From IMG/VR virus record IMGVR_UViG_3300020182_000007: a stretch of 64,000 nucleotides of DNA; one strand, given 5' to 3'. Source of the DNA: a virus. The notes beneath the pieces were generated by a model, which saw only the letters and a list, made by a program, of their open reading frames with translations, was not told the origin of the DNA and searched no databases. This document shows, in pieces, positions 40,266 to 49,188 of the stretch. Each line of letters opens with the position of its first letter. The first letter of the stretch is position 1. The translations under genes and the position numbers were made by a program.

Positions 40266-41021
40266 TTATTTTAAATCTGGTAAATAGTTAGATGCCATTT
40301 CAAAGAAACCATCTGTAAGCATAGATATCATAGCAGATCCCGCAGTAGCAAATGTCTCTTGGTCGATCATGACAATAGGATTTTTATCATCTTTAGTATC
40401 GCCTACTGCCGGCCACATATATTCACCAGACCCATAATCATGTGTTACCCAATCTTCATTTGTAATATCGATCTTTAGTTTCTGTGCAATTGTCTTTACT
40501 AGAATTAGACGAGTAAGAGTAACTCCTACTTCATGAGCAATTTGTTCAATTACAGCGGACATAGAACTTACGTTTTTTGCAGCGCCACTTAATCTTGTAC
40601 CGTTTGTCCAAAAGTACTGATCTTTACCTCCATTCATTATATTAACTAATCCATAAATTATGGCATCGTTTTCAGATTCTTTTCCTGCAGCAACATCCTT
40701 TTTAACTTCTTCTTCTGGGATACCAGAAAACTTTTCAACATCATCTCCTAAAGCAAAAACTCCAGTAGAATCATCTGACATAGACATAACAACGGTTTGT
40801 TTAATTTTCTCGCCAAAAACAGCGGAATCTTCCATTGTCATTTCAAACTCAAAGTCATATTTCTTAGCGAAGATTCCTTCACCTAGGTCTAAATCAGTAG
40901 TAGTCCATTTAATATCATATGTATCGGGTATTGATATGTTTCCCGGTTTATATGATCCAGCTTCTTCATTTATTGATTTAGCTTTGTTTGTAAATTGTTC
41001 AAATAGTTTAATGTGCTTCAT
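40266..41021 (-). CDS. Protein with capsid-targeting-like leader, possible degenerate metallopeptidase
   Basis: MKHIKLFEQFTNKAKSINEE; IAHEVG motif lacking the second His. Confidence 0.55.
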   Translation of the reverse strand: MKHIKLFEQFTNKAKSINEEAGSYKPGNISIPDTYDIKWTTTDLDLGEGIFAKKYDFEFEMTMEDSAVFGEKIKQTVVMSMSDDSTGVFALGDDVEKFSGIPEEEVKKDVAAGKESENDAIIYGLVNIMNGGKDQYFWTNGTRLSGAAKNVSSMSAVIEQIAHEVGVTLTRLILVKTIAQKLKIDITNEDWVTHDYGSGEYMWPAVGDTKDDKNPIVMIDQETFATAGSAMISMLTDGFFEMASNYLPDLK

Positions 41022-41024
41022 GGT

Positions 41025-41237
41025 TTATATATCGTTGTTTTTTCTTGATCGCGTCGATCTTACAGGTGTTGTATTAGTAGGTCTTATATTACTATTTCCA
41101 TTATTGTTTCTAATCACAGGAACTACCAGATTCTCTCTAATAACTCTTCTCGGTTTTGTGGTATTGTTATTAATTGGTGTAGTATTAGTTCTAATAACTC
41201 TTCTCGGTTTTGTAGTTCCTTTAGTAGATTCTATCAT
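41025..41237 (-). CDS. Low-complexity Arg/Thr/Asn-rich ORF, possibly a gene remnant
   Basis: TTKPRRVIR twice; in frame with the stop codon of the upstream CCA gene. Confidence 0.35.
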   Translation of the reverse strand: MIESTKGTTKPRRVIRTNTTPINNNTTKPRRVIRENLVVPVIRNNNGNSNIRPTNTTPVRSTRSRKNNDI

Positions 41238-41300
41238 AGAAGCATGTGCCTTGCCATTTCCTGTAGTTGTTCTAGAATATGCACCTAATAAACTTCCACG

Positions 41301-42455
41301 TCATATTGATTGTTTAAAAATTTTTGTTTCTATTTCTTTAATTTTTTGTGCTATTTGAGGACCTTTTACACCAAACTCTTTTATTACCTTGTTTCCGTCA
41401 GTACTTGGTTTGTATTTTAAGAATGCTCTTATTAGCTTAAGATCTAATCTATTTATCTTTGAGAATACAATAATGTTGTTTTTATCCAATACCGTTCTTT
41501 CGAATTCTTTGTATAAATCAAAAACTCCTTCAGGTTTAAATGTTAATAGACTTTTTAAGAATATGACGCAATTTACTTCATCACTAGAGAAAGTCATTCG
41601 ATTCATCTCTTTTTTAATCAACTCACGGTCGTTGTTACCAAATATTGTTGCTAACTGTACTAACCATAGGCTTGACTCTATAAAATTCTCGCTAACTTGT
41701 AGATTAGGAAACATTACTGGCCAGAGGTTAAACTCGCTTACCATTTTTAGGTAGTCTTTTGTCTTCTTTGCGGATTCAATTGATTTTTTAAACTCATCTC
41801 TAATTCTCTCAGGACTAACACCCTCTAAATTATTATCGGTTAAAATAGCATCTGCAGTTTCTTTCTCAAGCCTTGATCCTGTTTTACCCGCAAATCGAAG
41901 GGCTCTTAACTTTCTTAATGGATCCTCAGCAAATCTTTCTGCGGCGATTCCAACAGTTCTAATCTTTTGATCTTGAATATCTCTTAAACCACCTACTAGA
42001 TCTATAACTTCACCCTTACTAATATCATAGAAAAGAGCATTAATTGTTAGGTCTCTTCTGAGAACGTCTTTATCTATTGTTGAGTAATTTACACCTTCAG
42101 GTCGTCTGCCACTTCCGATATCCTCGCGAAAGGTTGCGATCTCAACTCCATTTCTATCTGAAGGAATCTGTACGATAACGACTCCAAATTGCTGCCCAAC
42201 TTCTCCAATTGTTGAGTATCCAGCAGCTGTTACTATTTTAACAACCTCTTCTGGAAAAGCATCAGTTGCTAAGTCAAAATCCTTTGGCTTTTTACCAAGT
42301 ATCGCATCACGAACTGCACCTCCTACAATATAGAGCTCTTTGCCGTTCTCTTTAAATAGTTTATGTAGGTCAATAACATCAGACGGCACGTTGAGCTTAA
42401 GTGTACTCTGTGCTTCAGTTAGCAACTTAAATTCTGTATATGTTTTTATCTTCAT
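41301..42455 (-). CDS. cca: CCA-adding tRNA nucleotidyltransferase / poly(A) polymerase family
   Basis: VGGAVRD, DFDLAT, RRDLTINAL, EDPLRKLRALRFA and SPERI; leader MKIKTYTEFKLLTEA. Confidence 0.9.
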   Translation of the reverse strand: MKIKTYTEFKLLTEAQSTLKLNVPSDVIDLHKLFKENGKELYIVGGAVRDAILGKKPKDFDLATDAFPEEVVKIVTAAGYSTIGEVGQQFGVVIVQIPSDRNGVEIATFREDIGSGRRPEGVNYSTIDKDVLRRDLTINALFYDISKGEVIDLVGGLRDIQDQKIRTVGIAAERFAEDPLRKLRALRFAGKTGSRLEKETADAILTDNNLEGVSPERIRDEFKKSIESAKKTKDYLKMVSEFNLWPVMFPNLQVSENFIESSLWLVQLATIFGNNDRELIKKEMNRMTFSSDEVNCVIFLKSLLTFKPEGVFDLYKEFERTVLDKNNIIVFSKINRLDLKLIRAFLKYKPSTDGNKVIKEFGVKGPQIAQKIKEIETKIFKQSI

Positions 42456-42486
42456 GTCAATAATGTTATTTAATTATATATTCTGT

Positions 42487-43776
42487 TTAAAATGTCCTTT
42501 CTCCTTCGTAAATTCCTTTCATTACTGGAAATCTTAACGATTCTTCTCCTTTATCGTTCTTTGTGGTTTCGAAGTACTGCACTGTTATTGTTTTTCCTAA
42601 GATTTGATCAGGGTTTTCAAAGAAGTATCTTTTTTGTTCGTGAGAAAATCCAGAGCCAACTTGAACCCTGTTTCCTTTATGTTCAACCACAACATTTTTG
42701 AGCATTAACTCATCAACCTCTTTTCCTTCTACAATAACTCTATTTACTGCGTTTTCAAGATCTACAACAACGTATTCGTCATCAAAGAATTTCTTAACTT
42801 TAAGAATATCATTAGAACGTTTTCCTTGATAGGTATCATCTTTGCGTAACATTAGTCCTTCCCAACCCTCGTTCTTAGAGATCTCCATCATATCTTCTAG
42901 TAGATCATCGCTTCCTATTCTCTGGTCTAATACCTTGATAAATTTATTGTCTAATGATATAGATTTAAGAGATTCTAGTCTTTCACTTAGAAGTGATGTA
43001 GATACTTCTTCGTTAAACTCTGTTAATGTTAATAGATCAAACATAAAATATACAGGATTTTCGATTGTGTGATCTTTTCTCTTGATCTCTTTAATAATTC
43101 CTTGAAAATCTTCGTTTCCATCTTTATCAGTCATACAAATCTCTCCATCAATAACCATATTTGTAAGTCCTAATTTCTGAATAGAAGGCTTTAAAGAATC
43201 TAATGTTAAGAACGGCTTTCCAGCTCTACTAAAGAAATTAACATTTCCAATCTCGTCAATTATTGTTAAACAACGAACACCATCTAATTTGCGGCTAACG
43301 TACCAGTTATCATTCCAATCTACTTTCTTTGAGGTTTTTTCGTTATATGTGTTTGCTAACGCTACGTCAAACGTTGGAATTAACCCTGGAACTACTTTGT
43401 TAATCATAGAAGTCGTAGAACGTGTCTTTAGGTTTCTATCAATAATATTCCAAATAAGATCTGCGTATACATAGTTCTCTTGTACAAATCTATTGACGTT
43501 TGCAATTGCAGCATGTCCTGTACAAACTCTATTATTTAAGTCATCTAATAAACCGAAGAAATCTCCATAAGTATTTGGATGACCCATAAGATCTGAATTC
43601 TTTTTACAGTTCTTAGAAGTTACTCCATATTGCTTATAAGTATCATAAGTATATAGAAGAGCCTTCTTAACGCTATCATACTGGGTGTACGTCTTTAATA
43701 CATCAAGCTTGTCTGTGTTTGAGTTAGTTGTGTTTGATTGTTCAACGAAATCATAAATTAATTGTAAGTCTGTCAT
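42487..43776 (-). CDS. lig: ATP-dependent DNA ligase
   Basis: KLDGVR (KxDG), DGE, YFMFD, EGLMLR and LKVK motifs plus an OB domain. Confidence 0.95.
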   Translation of the reverse strand: MTDLQLIYDFVEQSNTTNSNTDKLDVLKTYTQYDSVKKALLYTYDTYKQYGVTSKNCKKNSDLMGHPNTYGDFFGLLDDLNNRVCTGHAAIANVNRFVQENYVYADLIWNIIDRNLKTRSTTSMINKVVPGLIPTFDVALANTYNEKTSKKVDWNDNWYVSRKLDGVRCLTIIDEIGNVNFFSRAGKPFLTLDSLKPSIQKLGLTNMVIDGEICMTDKDGNEDFQGIIKEIKRKDHTIENPVYFMFDLLTLTEFNEEVSTSLLSERLESLKSISLDNKFIKVLDQRIGSDDLLEDMMEISKNEGWEGLMLRKDDTYQGKRSNDILKVKKFFDDEYVVVDLENAVNRVIVEGKEVDELMLKNVVVEHKGNRVQVGSGFSHEQKRYFFENPDQILGKTITVQYFETTKNDKGEESLRFPVMKGIYEGERTF

Positions 43777-43874
43777 TTTGTTTTATTTTTAATTATAGTA
43801 TAAATATAATCATTTAAAATGAATCGGGAAAACTTTCGGTGATTTATTTTCAAAAAGTTATTAACAATTTCACA

Positions 43875-43901
43875 TAAAAAAACCCGAATCTAGTTCGGGT
43901 T
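43875..43901 (-). terminator. Rho-independent terminator
   Basis: Minus strand AACCCGAA-CTAGA-TTCGGGTT followed by a T run. Confidence 0.8.
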
Positions 43902-43922
43902 TAAATATTTAATGTATATAAT

Positions 43923-45407
43923 TTAATCCTTTTCAAATATTATGCCTCCATGATTATCTCCCTTTGATTCAACTGGTAGATACTCGCTGTCAAATGAAGT
44001 TGCCATAAATGTTTTAAATGGATTAACCGAACATCCTATTCTTTCCATAAATTTACGATTTATTAGGATAGGAGTTGATTTATCAGTCCTATCTCCTAGA
44101 CAAACATAGACGTCGTTATAAGTTTTACCAGAAAATGTAATATCTAATTCAATAATAGGTCTTCTATGGGTATCTTCTCCAACCTCTGGTTCAGAGAATC
44201 CAATAATATCATTTTCGAATTTCTTATCTCCAAGTTCCCATTTGACTGATTTTTTATCTTTGGATATATCGATCTTATCATAAGTTAGAGTGTTTGCTGC
44301 TCCTCCATTACCAGTATCGAATTTTGCTACTATATCTCCGATACCCTTAATACCTACGGCTTCTCTAAATCCTACAGTTTTTCTAGATCTTATCCAATTT
44401 TCTTTATCTGCAAGAAAATCAATAACATCCTTTACTACATCTACTCCGGTAGCTTTTTTAAGACCTTCCGTTCCAGGAGATGCATTAACCTCAAGCACGT
44501 AGTTTTTACCAGTCTTTGCGTCTACTATAATATCAACGCCACACCAGTTACATCCAATAGCTTTAGCGCTTTCAATTGCAATTTGTTTTTGTTCGGGTGT
44601 TAGCTCAGTTTTTTCAACAGTTCCTCCTAGTGTATAATTAGTTCTAAAATCATCTCCAACTTTATTTCTTCTCATGTAACCTAATAGAACTGAATCAGTT
44701 TCTGACGGAACTGGAGAGTTAAATCTACGAGTCAATACATGAATTCTTAGATCGTATTCTGTTTCTATTTTTTCTTGAATAAGTAGTTCAACACTAGGAT
44801 TAGCTTTCCATATTGTCTGAATTACCGATTTTAAAGATGTTGATGAATCAACAATAGAAACACCAATACCTTGGGATCCTGATAGCATTTTAAGAACTAG
44901 TGGGAATTTACCACCTATTGCAGCAACTGCACTATCTAAAGATTCTTCGTTATCTATGAGTGACATTTTAGGAATTGGAATTCCAGCGTCTGCTAATATT
45001 TTAGAAGTGGTGTACTTGTTTTCACATGTCATTACTGAATCAAGAGTGTTGACAACAAAGAAATTAGCCAACTCTAATTGTTCAACAATATCTCTAGTAT
45101 ACGTACTTTTAACTATTCCTCTCCTTGTTAAAATAACAGTATCTTCAGAAGATATTTTCATTTTAGATTTATCATCAGAAATAGTAAATGACTCTTTGTC
45201 TTTGTTAAGATCTAATTGAACTGAATCGACGCTAATTACGGCAATCTGAATTCCTTGCTTTTTACATTCAGCAATAATACCAGGAACCGATTTTGACTCT
45301 GTATTTATATTTGAAAGTAAAACTACTTTGGGCTTGTCTTGAGATTTACTTGCTTTTTTAGCTTCGTTAATCACAAAATCTTGATATGATAATATTCTAG
45401 TCGACAT
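43923..45407 (-). CDS. rimK: RimK-family ATP-grasp ligase fused to a retropepsin-like (DTG) protease domain
   Basis: ENKY, FPLVLK..GSQG.GV, QEKI, DLRI, FRTNY.LGG, GVDII and EVNASPG; C-terminal AKFDTGNG and ILINRKFM; leader MSTRILSYQDFVINEA. Confidence 0.88.
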   Translation of the reverse strand: MSTRILSYQDFVINEAKKASKSQDKPKVVLLSNINTESKSVPGIIAECKKQGIQIAVISVDSVQLDLNKDKESFTISDDKSKMKISSEDTVILTRRGIVKSTYTRDIVEQLELANFFVVNTLDSVMTCENKYTTSKILADAGIPIPKMSLIDNEESLDSAVAAIGGKFPLVLKMLSGSQGIGVSIVDSSTSLKSVIQTIWKANPSVELLIQEKIETEYDLRIHVLTRRFNSPVPSETDSVLLGYMRRNKVGDDFRTNYTLGGTVEKTELTPEQKQIAIESAKAIGCNWCGVDIIVDAKTGKNYVLEVNASPGTEGLKKATGVDVVKDVIDFLADKENWIRSRKTVGFREAVGIKGIGDIVAKFDTGNGGAANTLTYDKIDISKDKKSVKWELGDKKFENDIIGFSEPEVGEDTHRRPIIELDITFSGKTYNDVYVCLGDRTDKSTPILINRKFMERIGCSVNPFKTFMATSFDSEYLPVESKGDNHGGIIFEKD

Positions 45408-45439
45408 TGCTTTAATTATTTTTTATAGTCTATATATTT

Positions 45440-45479
45440 AAAAAAGGGAGAGCTAACCTACCGAAGCTATACTCTCCCT
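45440..45479 (-). terminator. Terminator-like hairpin
   Basis: Minus strand AGGGAGAG...CTCTCCCT-TTTT. Confidence 0.7.
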
Positions 45480-45759
45480 GACATCTCTCCGTCAAGAGAC
45501 CACTTTAGTTTTTTTCTCATAGGAAACCATTTTAAAATATTTTAAAATCTGGCTAGCCTTAAAGCATTTTTTTTGGTAAAATCGATAGTAATTCTCACTC
45601 TATCTAGTAACCAAGCATATACGAATTTTGTTTTTAGGAACAACTCTTGCGCTCTGCTCTGGAGCCATATTAAACCCTCGGTATAAAATTCTATTATTAT
45701 ATTTTATTGTATTGCTAATTCTAGAACTGTTAGTTATATATCATCGTAATGTTTTTAAT

Positions 45760-46110
45760 ATACATAAAGCAACTGGGAATCGAACCCATCTCAAACGCTT
45801 TGCAGCGATCTTGGAAACCAATCCTCGTTTGTTTAATTGTCGAGATTAGTCGCGATATGCATAATTTGCCCAGATAAAACGGTCTGTGCTGGATTTTAAC
45901 GGTTTGATTTCATATTGAAACAATCACATTAGTGTCTTACCACATAAAACAAAGTCAAACTACTTGGAGGGTGTGTTGTGTCCCATAGATCCAAGACCTC
46001 ACTCATTGATTATATAGGCTTCGCGAGGTTGTTGCCTGTAGGGTTTAAGGACTACCTACAAGTCCCGGAGTGTTTTAAGTTCCGCGTTACTATCGATAAA
46101 TGTAAGAACT
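45760..46110 (-). ncRNA. Candidate structured non-coding RNA with H-type pseudoknot and 3' T-arm-like hairpin
   Basis: No credible minus-strand ORF; GGACT/AGTCC plus TGTAGG/CCTACA pseudoknot; stems ACCTCGC/GTGAGGT, CTTGGA/TCCAAG, GTTTGA/TCAAAC and CAAACG/CGTTTG; TGGG-TTCGATT-CCCA. Confidence 0.5.
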
Positions 46111-46357
46111 TTTAATTTAATAGTTATATACAGAATTTAAAAAGGGTTTCAAAATTAATTGCATAAAAAAAGACATACGTTGATTGTATGCCTTTTTATA
46201 ATAAAGAAAGGTTTCGGGTATTTCAAGGTTACAGGTTTGCAATCGTAATACTAACCTTTGTTCTTTGTGTGTTTTGCCTAACTGCTTCACTACCTCTCTT
46301 TCAAAAGACTTATCATGGGACGCTGTTCTTACGGGTAGCGTGATAAGTACAGTACTA

Positions 46358-46783
46358 TTAAGAATATTCTGGTGTATCGATAATCTTTTTCTTAATAAGG
46401 ATATCGATAAAATCTCTAAACGGCATGCCAACTTTAGTTCCTGCTATGTTTTTATCTCCTTCAACAAATGCGCCATCGAAATAATAGTCATTTCCGTTGT
46501 CAGCAGCAACCGTAATTAGAGTGCCTAGCATAAAACTACCAGGAACTCTTACTTTTGAACCATGCAATACCTTTACGCTGTTTTTATTAAATCCGCTTAA
46601 ATACATTTCTTCACGAGCAGTATCTGGTCCTCCTGGGTTTCCTCCTGCGTTCTGTAGTGCTTCACCTTCTGGAGTGTCTATTTCGGCGTATAGCACTGCG
46701 ATAATTTCGTTTGCTAAATCTTGATCTCTTCCTACCTTCAATCCTTCATTTAAGAATTGTTCAAATAATTGTATGTGTTTCAT
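46358..46783 (-). CDS. Protein with capsid-targeting-like leader
   Basis: Real start MKHIQLFEQFLNEG at 46783. Confidence 0.75.
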   Translation of the reverse strand: MKHIQLFEQFLNEGLKVGRDQDLANEIIAVLYAEIDTPEGEALQNAGGNPGGPDTAREEMYLSGFNKNSVKVLHGSKVRVPGSFMLGTLITVAADNGNDYYFDGAFVEGDKNIAGTKVGMPFRDFIDILIKKKIIDTPEYS

Positions 46784-46796
46784 TTTGTTTTGTTTT

Positions 46797-47084
46797 TTAT
46801 TTAATTTTCCAGCTAGCAAAAGCGTCATTGACATTTATTTGATTAGCATATATTGTTTCTTTTTTCCAAGATTTAGATGAAGTAATACCAGAATCACCTT
46901 TATGTTCTACTTCAATTGTACTATCTTCTGGCTTGGATTTATCTAATTTAATTGATTTTATTACACCAGAAATAACATCACCTTTTAATCTGAAATAAAT
47001 CTCTTGCTTAGGTTTAAACGTTTGGCCATCATGTGCTAATACGCCTTCGTTTAAGAATTGTTCGTATAATTTAATGTGTTTCAT
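46797..47084 (-). CDS. Protein with capsid-targeting-like leader
   Basis: MKHIKLYEQFLNEG. Confidence 0.75.
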   Translation of the reverse strand: MKHIKLYEQFLNEGVLAHDGQTFKPKQEIYFRLKGDVISGVIKSIKLDKSKPEDSTIEVEHKGDSGITSSKSWKKETIYANQINVNDAFASWKIK

Positions 47085-47090
47085 TTTATT

Positions 47091-47408
47091 TTATTTTTGT
47101 TTTATTACATGTGGTAATAGGTGTAAGTATAATGAGTGTACGTCTTCCCAGAATGCATTTCTAGAAAAATCTGCAACACTATCGTATCTTGAAATATTAT
47201 TCCACCAATCATCAAATATATCTTCAAATTCACTTTCCGTAAATTTAAACATTTTAGGATCCAGCATGTTCCAAATATCTGCAACTTCTTCAGCATTATT
47301 AATTGCCTGAGATACTTCTTTATATTCTTTAGTTTTACTGTCTTTTTTCATTTGAGAAAAGCTAGTTTTCTCGCTAACGAATTGTTCGAATAATCTAACG
47401 TGTTTCAT
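47091..47408 (-). CDS. Protein with capsid-targeting-like leader
   Basis: MKHVRLFEQFVSEK; GATATATA upstream. Confidence 0.75.
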   Translation of the reverse strand: MKHVRLFEQFVSEKTSFSQMKKDSKTKEYKEVSQAINNAEEVADIWNMLDPKMFKFTESEFEDIFDDWWNNISRYDSVADFSRNAFWEDVHSLYLHLLPHVIKQK

Positions 47409-47499
47409 ATTTCTTGTATTTTGTGCTTTTACTATATATCTTATTTTAGCTTGATAAATTTAGCTTGCTAAATATGTTTCATCCTATTAGTATTTATCA

Positions 47500-47540
47500 A
47501 AATATGGCAGACTAGAATATGATTCCAAACTGCCATATTA
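47500..47540 (-). terminator. Rho-independent terminator
   Basis: Minus strand AATATGGCAG...CTGCCATATT-TT. Confidence 0.7.
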
Positions 47541-47557
47541 AATAGATTGTGTAATTT

Positions 47558-48166
47558 TTAAGACATTGCGTCAATTACTAATGATTTACCTCTACGTATG
47601 CGATTTTTAACTGTTTGTAATGGTACTCCATATTTATTAGCAATATCTTCGTATTTCATCTTTGCAATTAATCTGTCTGCGAGAATATCACGATACATTG
47701 GTTTAAGATTGTTAATACACTCTAGCGCATTTCCATATCTTTCCATTAGTTCATTTTCTTCGTCCCAGAATTCAGCTTCAGATTTATCTGTGTGATCTTC
47801 CATAGCCATGCTTAGAGTTTCATTCAGTCTACTGTTACCATTAACTTCTATACCGAACTCTTTCATTCCATCTAAACTATACTTTTTATTACGTTCTCTA
47901 ATATACCCTAAGCTCTCGTTAAACGCAATACGATAAAGCCATGTAGTAATTTGATATTGTGGCTTATATTGTTCAATTTTAGTCCAGAGTTTAATAAGAG
48001 TATTTGCCATAACGTCTTCTACAGCTTCTTGATCTTTAAGAATTTTCCAAATATAACTCTTTAATCCTGGCCTAACTCTATTGTAAAGCTCGTTATATGT
48101 TTTTTCATCACGATGCTCGAAGAATGCTTCTCCTAATTCTCTGTACGTTTTTTTTGTTTTACTCAT
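47558..48166 (-). CDS. ECF-type sigma-70 factor
   Basis: Region 2 AVEDVMANTLIKLW...TWLYRIAFN and region 4 MKYEDIANKYGVPLQTVKNRIRRGK. Confidence 0.88.
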   Translation of the reverse strand: MSKTKKTYRELGEAFFEHRDEKTYNELYNRVRPGLKSYIWKILKDQEAVEDVMANTLIKLWTKIEQYKPQYQITTWLYRIAFNESLGYIRERNKKYSLDGMKEFGIEVNGNSRLNETLSMAMEDHTDKSEAEFWDEENELMERYGNALECINNLKPMYRDILADRLIAKMKYEDIANKYGVPLQTVKNRIRRGKSLVIDAMS

Positions 48167-48262
48167 AAGTATATGTTTGTTTTTTAATTATAGTATAAAT
48201 ATAATCATTTAAAATGAATCGGGAAAACTTTTGGTGAATTATTTTCAAAAAGTTATTAACAA

Positions 48263-48484
48263 TTAAAGTTCAAAGTTTTCTTGAAGTTCTTTGATTAACT
48301 TTTTAATCTCTTTTTTATTAAGAGCAATAGTTGTAAAAAAGGTTCCATTATTTCTCATTGTTAATTGAAGTTTCATACCTTCTTTACCTCCACTGAATCT
48401 TGTCAATGACATTTCAGTGTTTTCAAATTCAGAAGCTTCTTCGTTCCAATTCTTACCTTTAAGTGATTTTAATTCTGTTGACAT
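48263..48484 (-). CDS. Hypothetical protein
   Basis: 73-aa ORF flanked on both sides by promoter-repeat elements. Confidence 0.6.
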   Translation of the reverse strand: MSTELKSLKGKNWNEEASEFENTEMSLTRFSGGKEGMKLQLTMRNNGTFFTTIALNKKEIKKLIKELQENFEL

Positions 48485-48578
48485 ATCTTGTACGTTTTTT
48501 AATTATAGTATAAATATAATCATTTAAAATGAATCCTGAAAACTTTTGGTGAATTATTTTCAAAAAGTTATTAACAAT

Positions 48579-49094
48579 TTACAAATCTTGAAATATACCA
48601 ACCACTTTCTGTAGTTCCTGTGGCTTAAACTTCCATAAATCGGCAGAAACATTAATTCTTCTTTCTTTAGGATCTGACCTATGTTTAGGATCTGGGTTTC
48701 CAATAATAGACCAATACCCATTATTCTTTTCAGGCCAATCTAAAAGAGGCCAATAAGATATAGTAACTTCCATTTTATGAAGCGGCATAATTGGTGGGTT
48801 TAGTTTGCTATTATCCGTTAACATGTTTTTTGTCGCTAGCTCCAATATGGGCTTATCATGTTCTCCAGCAATAAACCAAATCGTACCATTAAGCTTGCTT
48901 ATGGCATCTTGTGCTGTTTTAGGATCCCATGCAAAATTACCAAGATGATATACAAGGTCATCTTTTCCGACAATACTATTCCATGTTTGAATAATCTTTT
49001 TATCCATTTCGTCAACATTCTTAAATGGACGGTTATACTTTTTAATAGCAGATGGCCTACCTATCTGTAGGTTAGAAATTACAAATCTTTTCAT
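48579..49094 (-). CDS. Calcineurin-like metallophosphoesterase fold with substituted metal ligands
   Basis: ISNLQIG, YHLGNF and AGEHD in place of SDxH, GD and GNHD. Confidence 0.7.
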   Translation of the reverse strand: MKRFVISNLQIGRPSAIKKYNRPFKNVDEMDKKIIQTWNSIVGKDDLVYHLGNFAWDPKTAQDAISKLNGTIWFIAGEHDKPILELATKNMLTDNSKLNPPIMPLHKMEVTISYWPLLDWPEKNNGYWSIIGNPDPKHRSDPKERRINVSADLWKFKPQELQKVVGIFQDL

Positions 49095-49188
49095 TATTTA
49101 ATTGCTGTCTTTATTATCGACAAGGCAAGGTGATATATCACCTTGCCTTTAATTGTCAATACTGTTTTGAATATTAAAATCTATGCTA

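Noticed and set aside
45762-45835. Canonical tRNA-Cys (GCA)
   Set aside because: It has a T-arm and CTGCAAA, but the anticodon stem gives a 6-nt loop and no proper acceptor or D stem forms. It is kept only as part of the candidate ncRNA.
45840-46070. Confident tmRNA call from the pseudoknot and short ANYAYRD or GNNLAKPI frames
   Set aside because: There is no GGGG-type 5' acceptor strand, no GAC D-loop motif and no tag ending in ALAA or similar, so it cannot be supported without a covariance model.
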